From positions 762 to 64,761 of the forward strand of contig JAUWYR010000008.1 of NCBI GenBank assembly GCA_030615745.1: 64,000 nucleotides of DNA, written 5' to 3'. The notes beneath the pieces are model-generated. The model had not been told where the DNA came from and ran no database searches. It saw nothing but the letters and a program-made list of their open reading frames with translations. A program made the translations under genes and the position numbers. Numbering within the stretch: position 1 is the first letter of the stretch; every line of letters begins with the position of its first letter. Positions 63,513 through 64,000 of this stretch are shown here, in pieces. The DNA comes from Candidatus Zixiibacteriota bacterium (GTDB lineage Bacteria; Zixibacteria; MSB-5A5; SM23-73-2).

Positions 63513-64000
63513 TTTCTTCCCAGAAAAAAGTTAGCTAAATTTTAAGAATGCAAAATCTATACCATTGGATTTTATTATAAACTAAAACTTTAAAGATTTA
63601 AATTAACTTTTTGTAATACAATGGAATAGTGAAAGCTAACATCCATCGAAACAAAATTTTATTTCAAGAAGGAAAAAAATAAACTATTTTCCTCTACCAT
63701 GTTTTGACAAGAATATGCAGACCAGTTCACACACGATTCAAAAGGAGACTTCAGTCAATTTATAAAATAGCAAATTTTTGTGAAAAGTCAAGCAGGTTTT
63801 AGAGAATCCCTGTAGATACCAAATACAAATCATACACTTTTTGCCTGCCCGGCCAGGGAGACAAAAAGATTAGGCAACACCCAAGAGAGCAAATTATATT
63901 TTTCAAAAACTGATAACCTTAAACTCTCGAGGAGGTTGCCTATGTGTATCACTCAGTCATTCACTAAAATAATAAAAAAGCAGATGAGATACAACAGATC

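Overview
AT-rich bacterial chromosomal segment, probably from an anaerobic amino-acid/fatty-acid fermenter. The centre is a 42-kb stretch (16.3-58.4 kb) where almost every gene is on the minus strand and encodes branched-chain amino acid and short-chain acyl-CoA catabolism. Minus-strand core: (i) rpiB, ptb, ilvE and ptb2. (ii) buk, leucine dehydrogenase, enoyl-CoA hydratase, two acyl-CoA dehydrogenases, thiolase and 3-hydroxyacyl-CoA dehydrogenase. (iii) A methylcrotonyl-CoA-carboxylase-like set (BCCP, biotin carboxylase, hydratase, 535-aa carboxyltransferase). (iv) An archaeal-type HMG-CoA synthase / thiolase / DUF35 trio, then a second buk and second leucine dehydrogenase. (v) Methylmalonyl-CoA epimerase and a methylmalonyl-CoA mutase with a Tyr/Arg pocket. 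(vi) A second BCCP and biotin carboxylase, a HEPN/MNT toxin-antitoxin insertion, a propionyl-CoA-carboxylase-like carboxyltransferase, an MBL hydrolase and an acyl-CoA dehydrogenase. (vii) A B12-binding subunit, a second mutase with a Phe/Gln (isobutyryl-CoA-mutase-like) pocket, and MeaB. Flanks: histidine kinase and REC-PAS-LuxR regulator, MATE transporter, nitroreductase, STAS protein, tricorn-like protease, NapH-like ferredoxin, aldo/keto reductase and two glycosyltransferases on the left. On the right: recJ, RNase P RNA, hicB with a frameshifted hicA, guaB, tRNA-Val and tRNA-Met, a sigma-54 activator, purF and a HisKA-only protein. The intergenic spacers carry several unusual repeat families. 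These include strand-asymmetric hexamer arrays, a roughly 100-bp composite tandem unit, GC-rich perfect palindromes, REP-like hairpins and a 150-nt multi-hairpin leader. Two insertions are flanked by duplicated gene-start segments.
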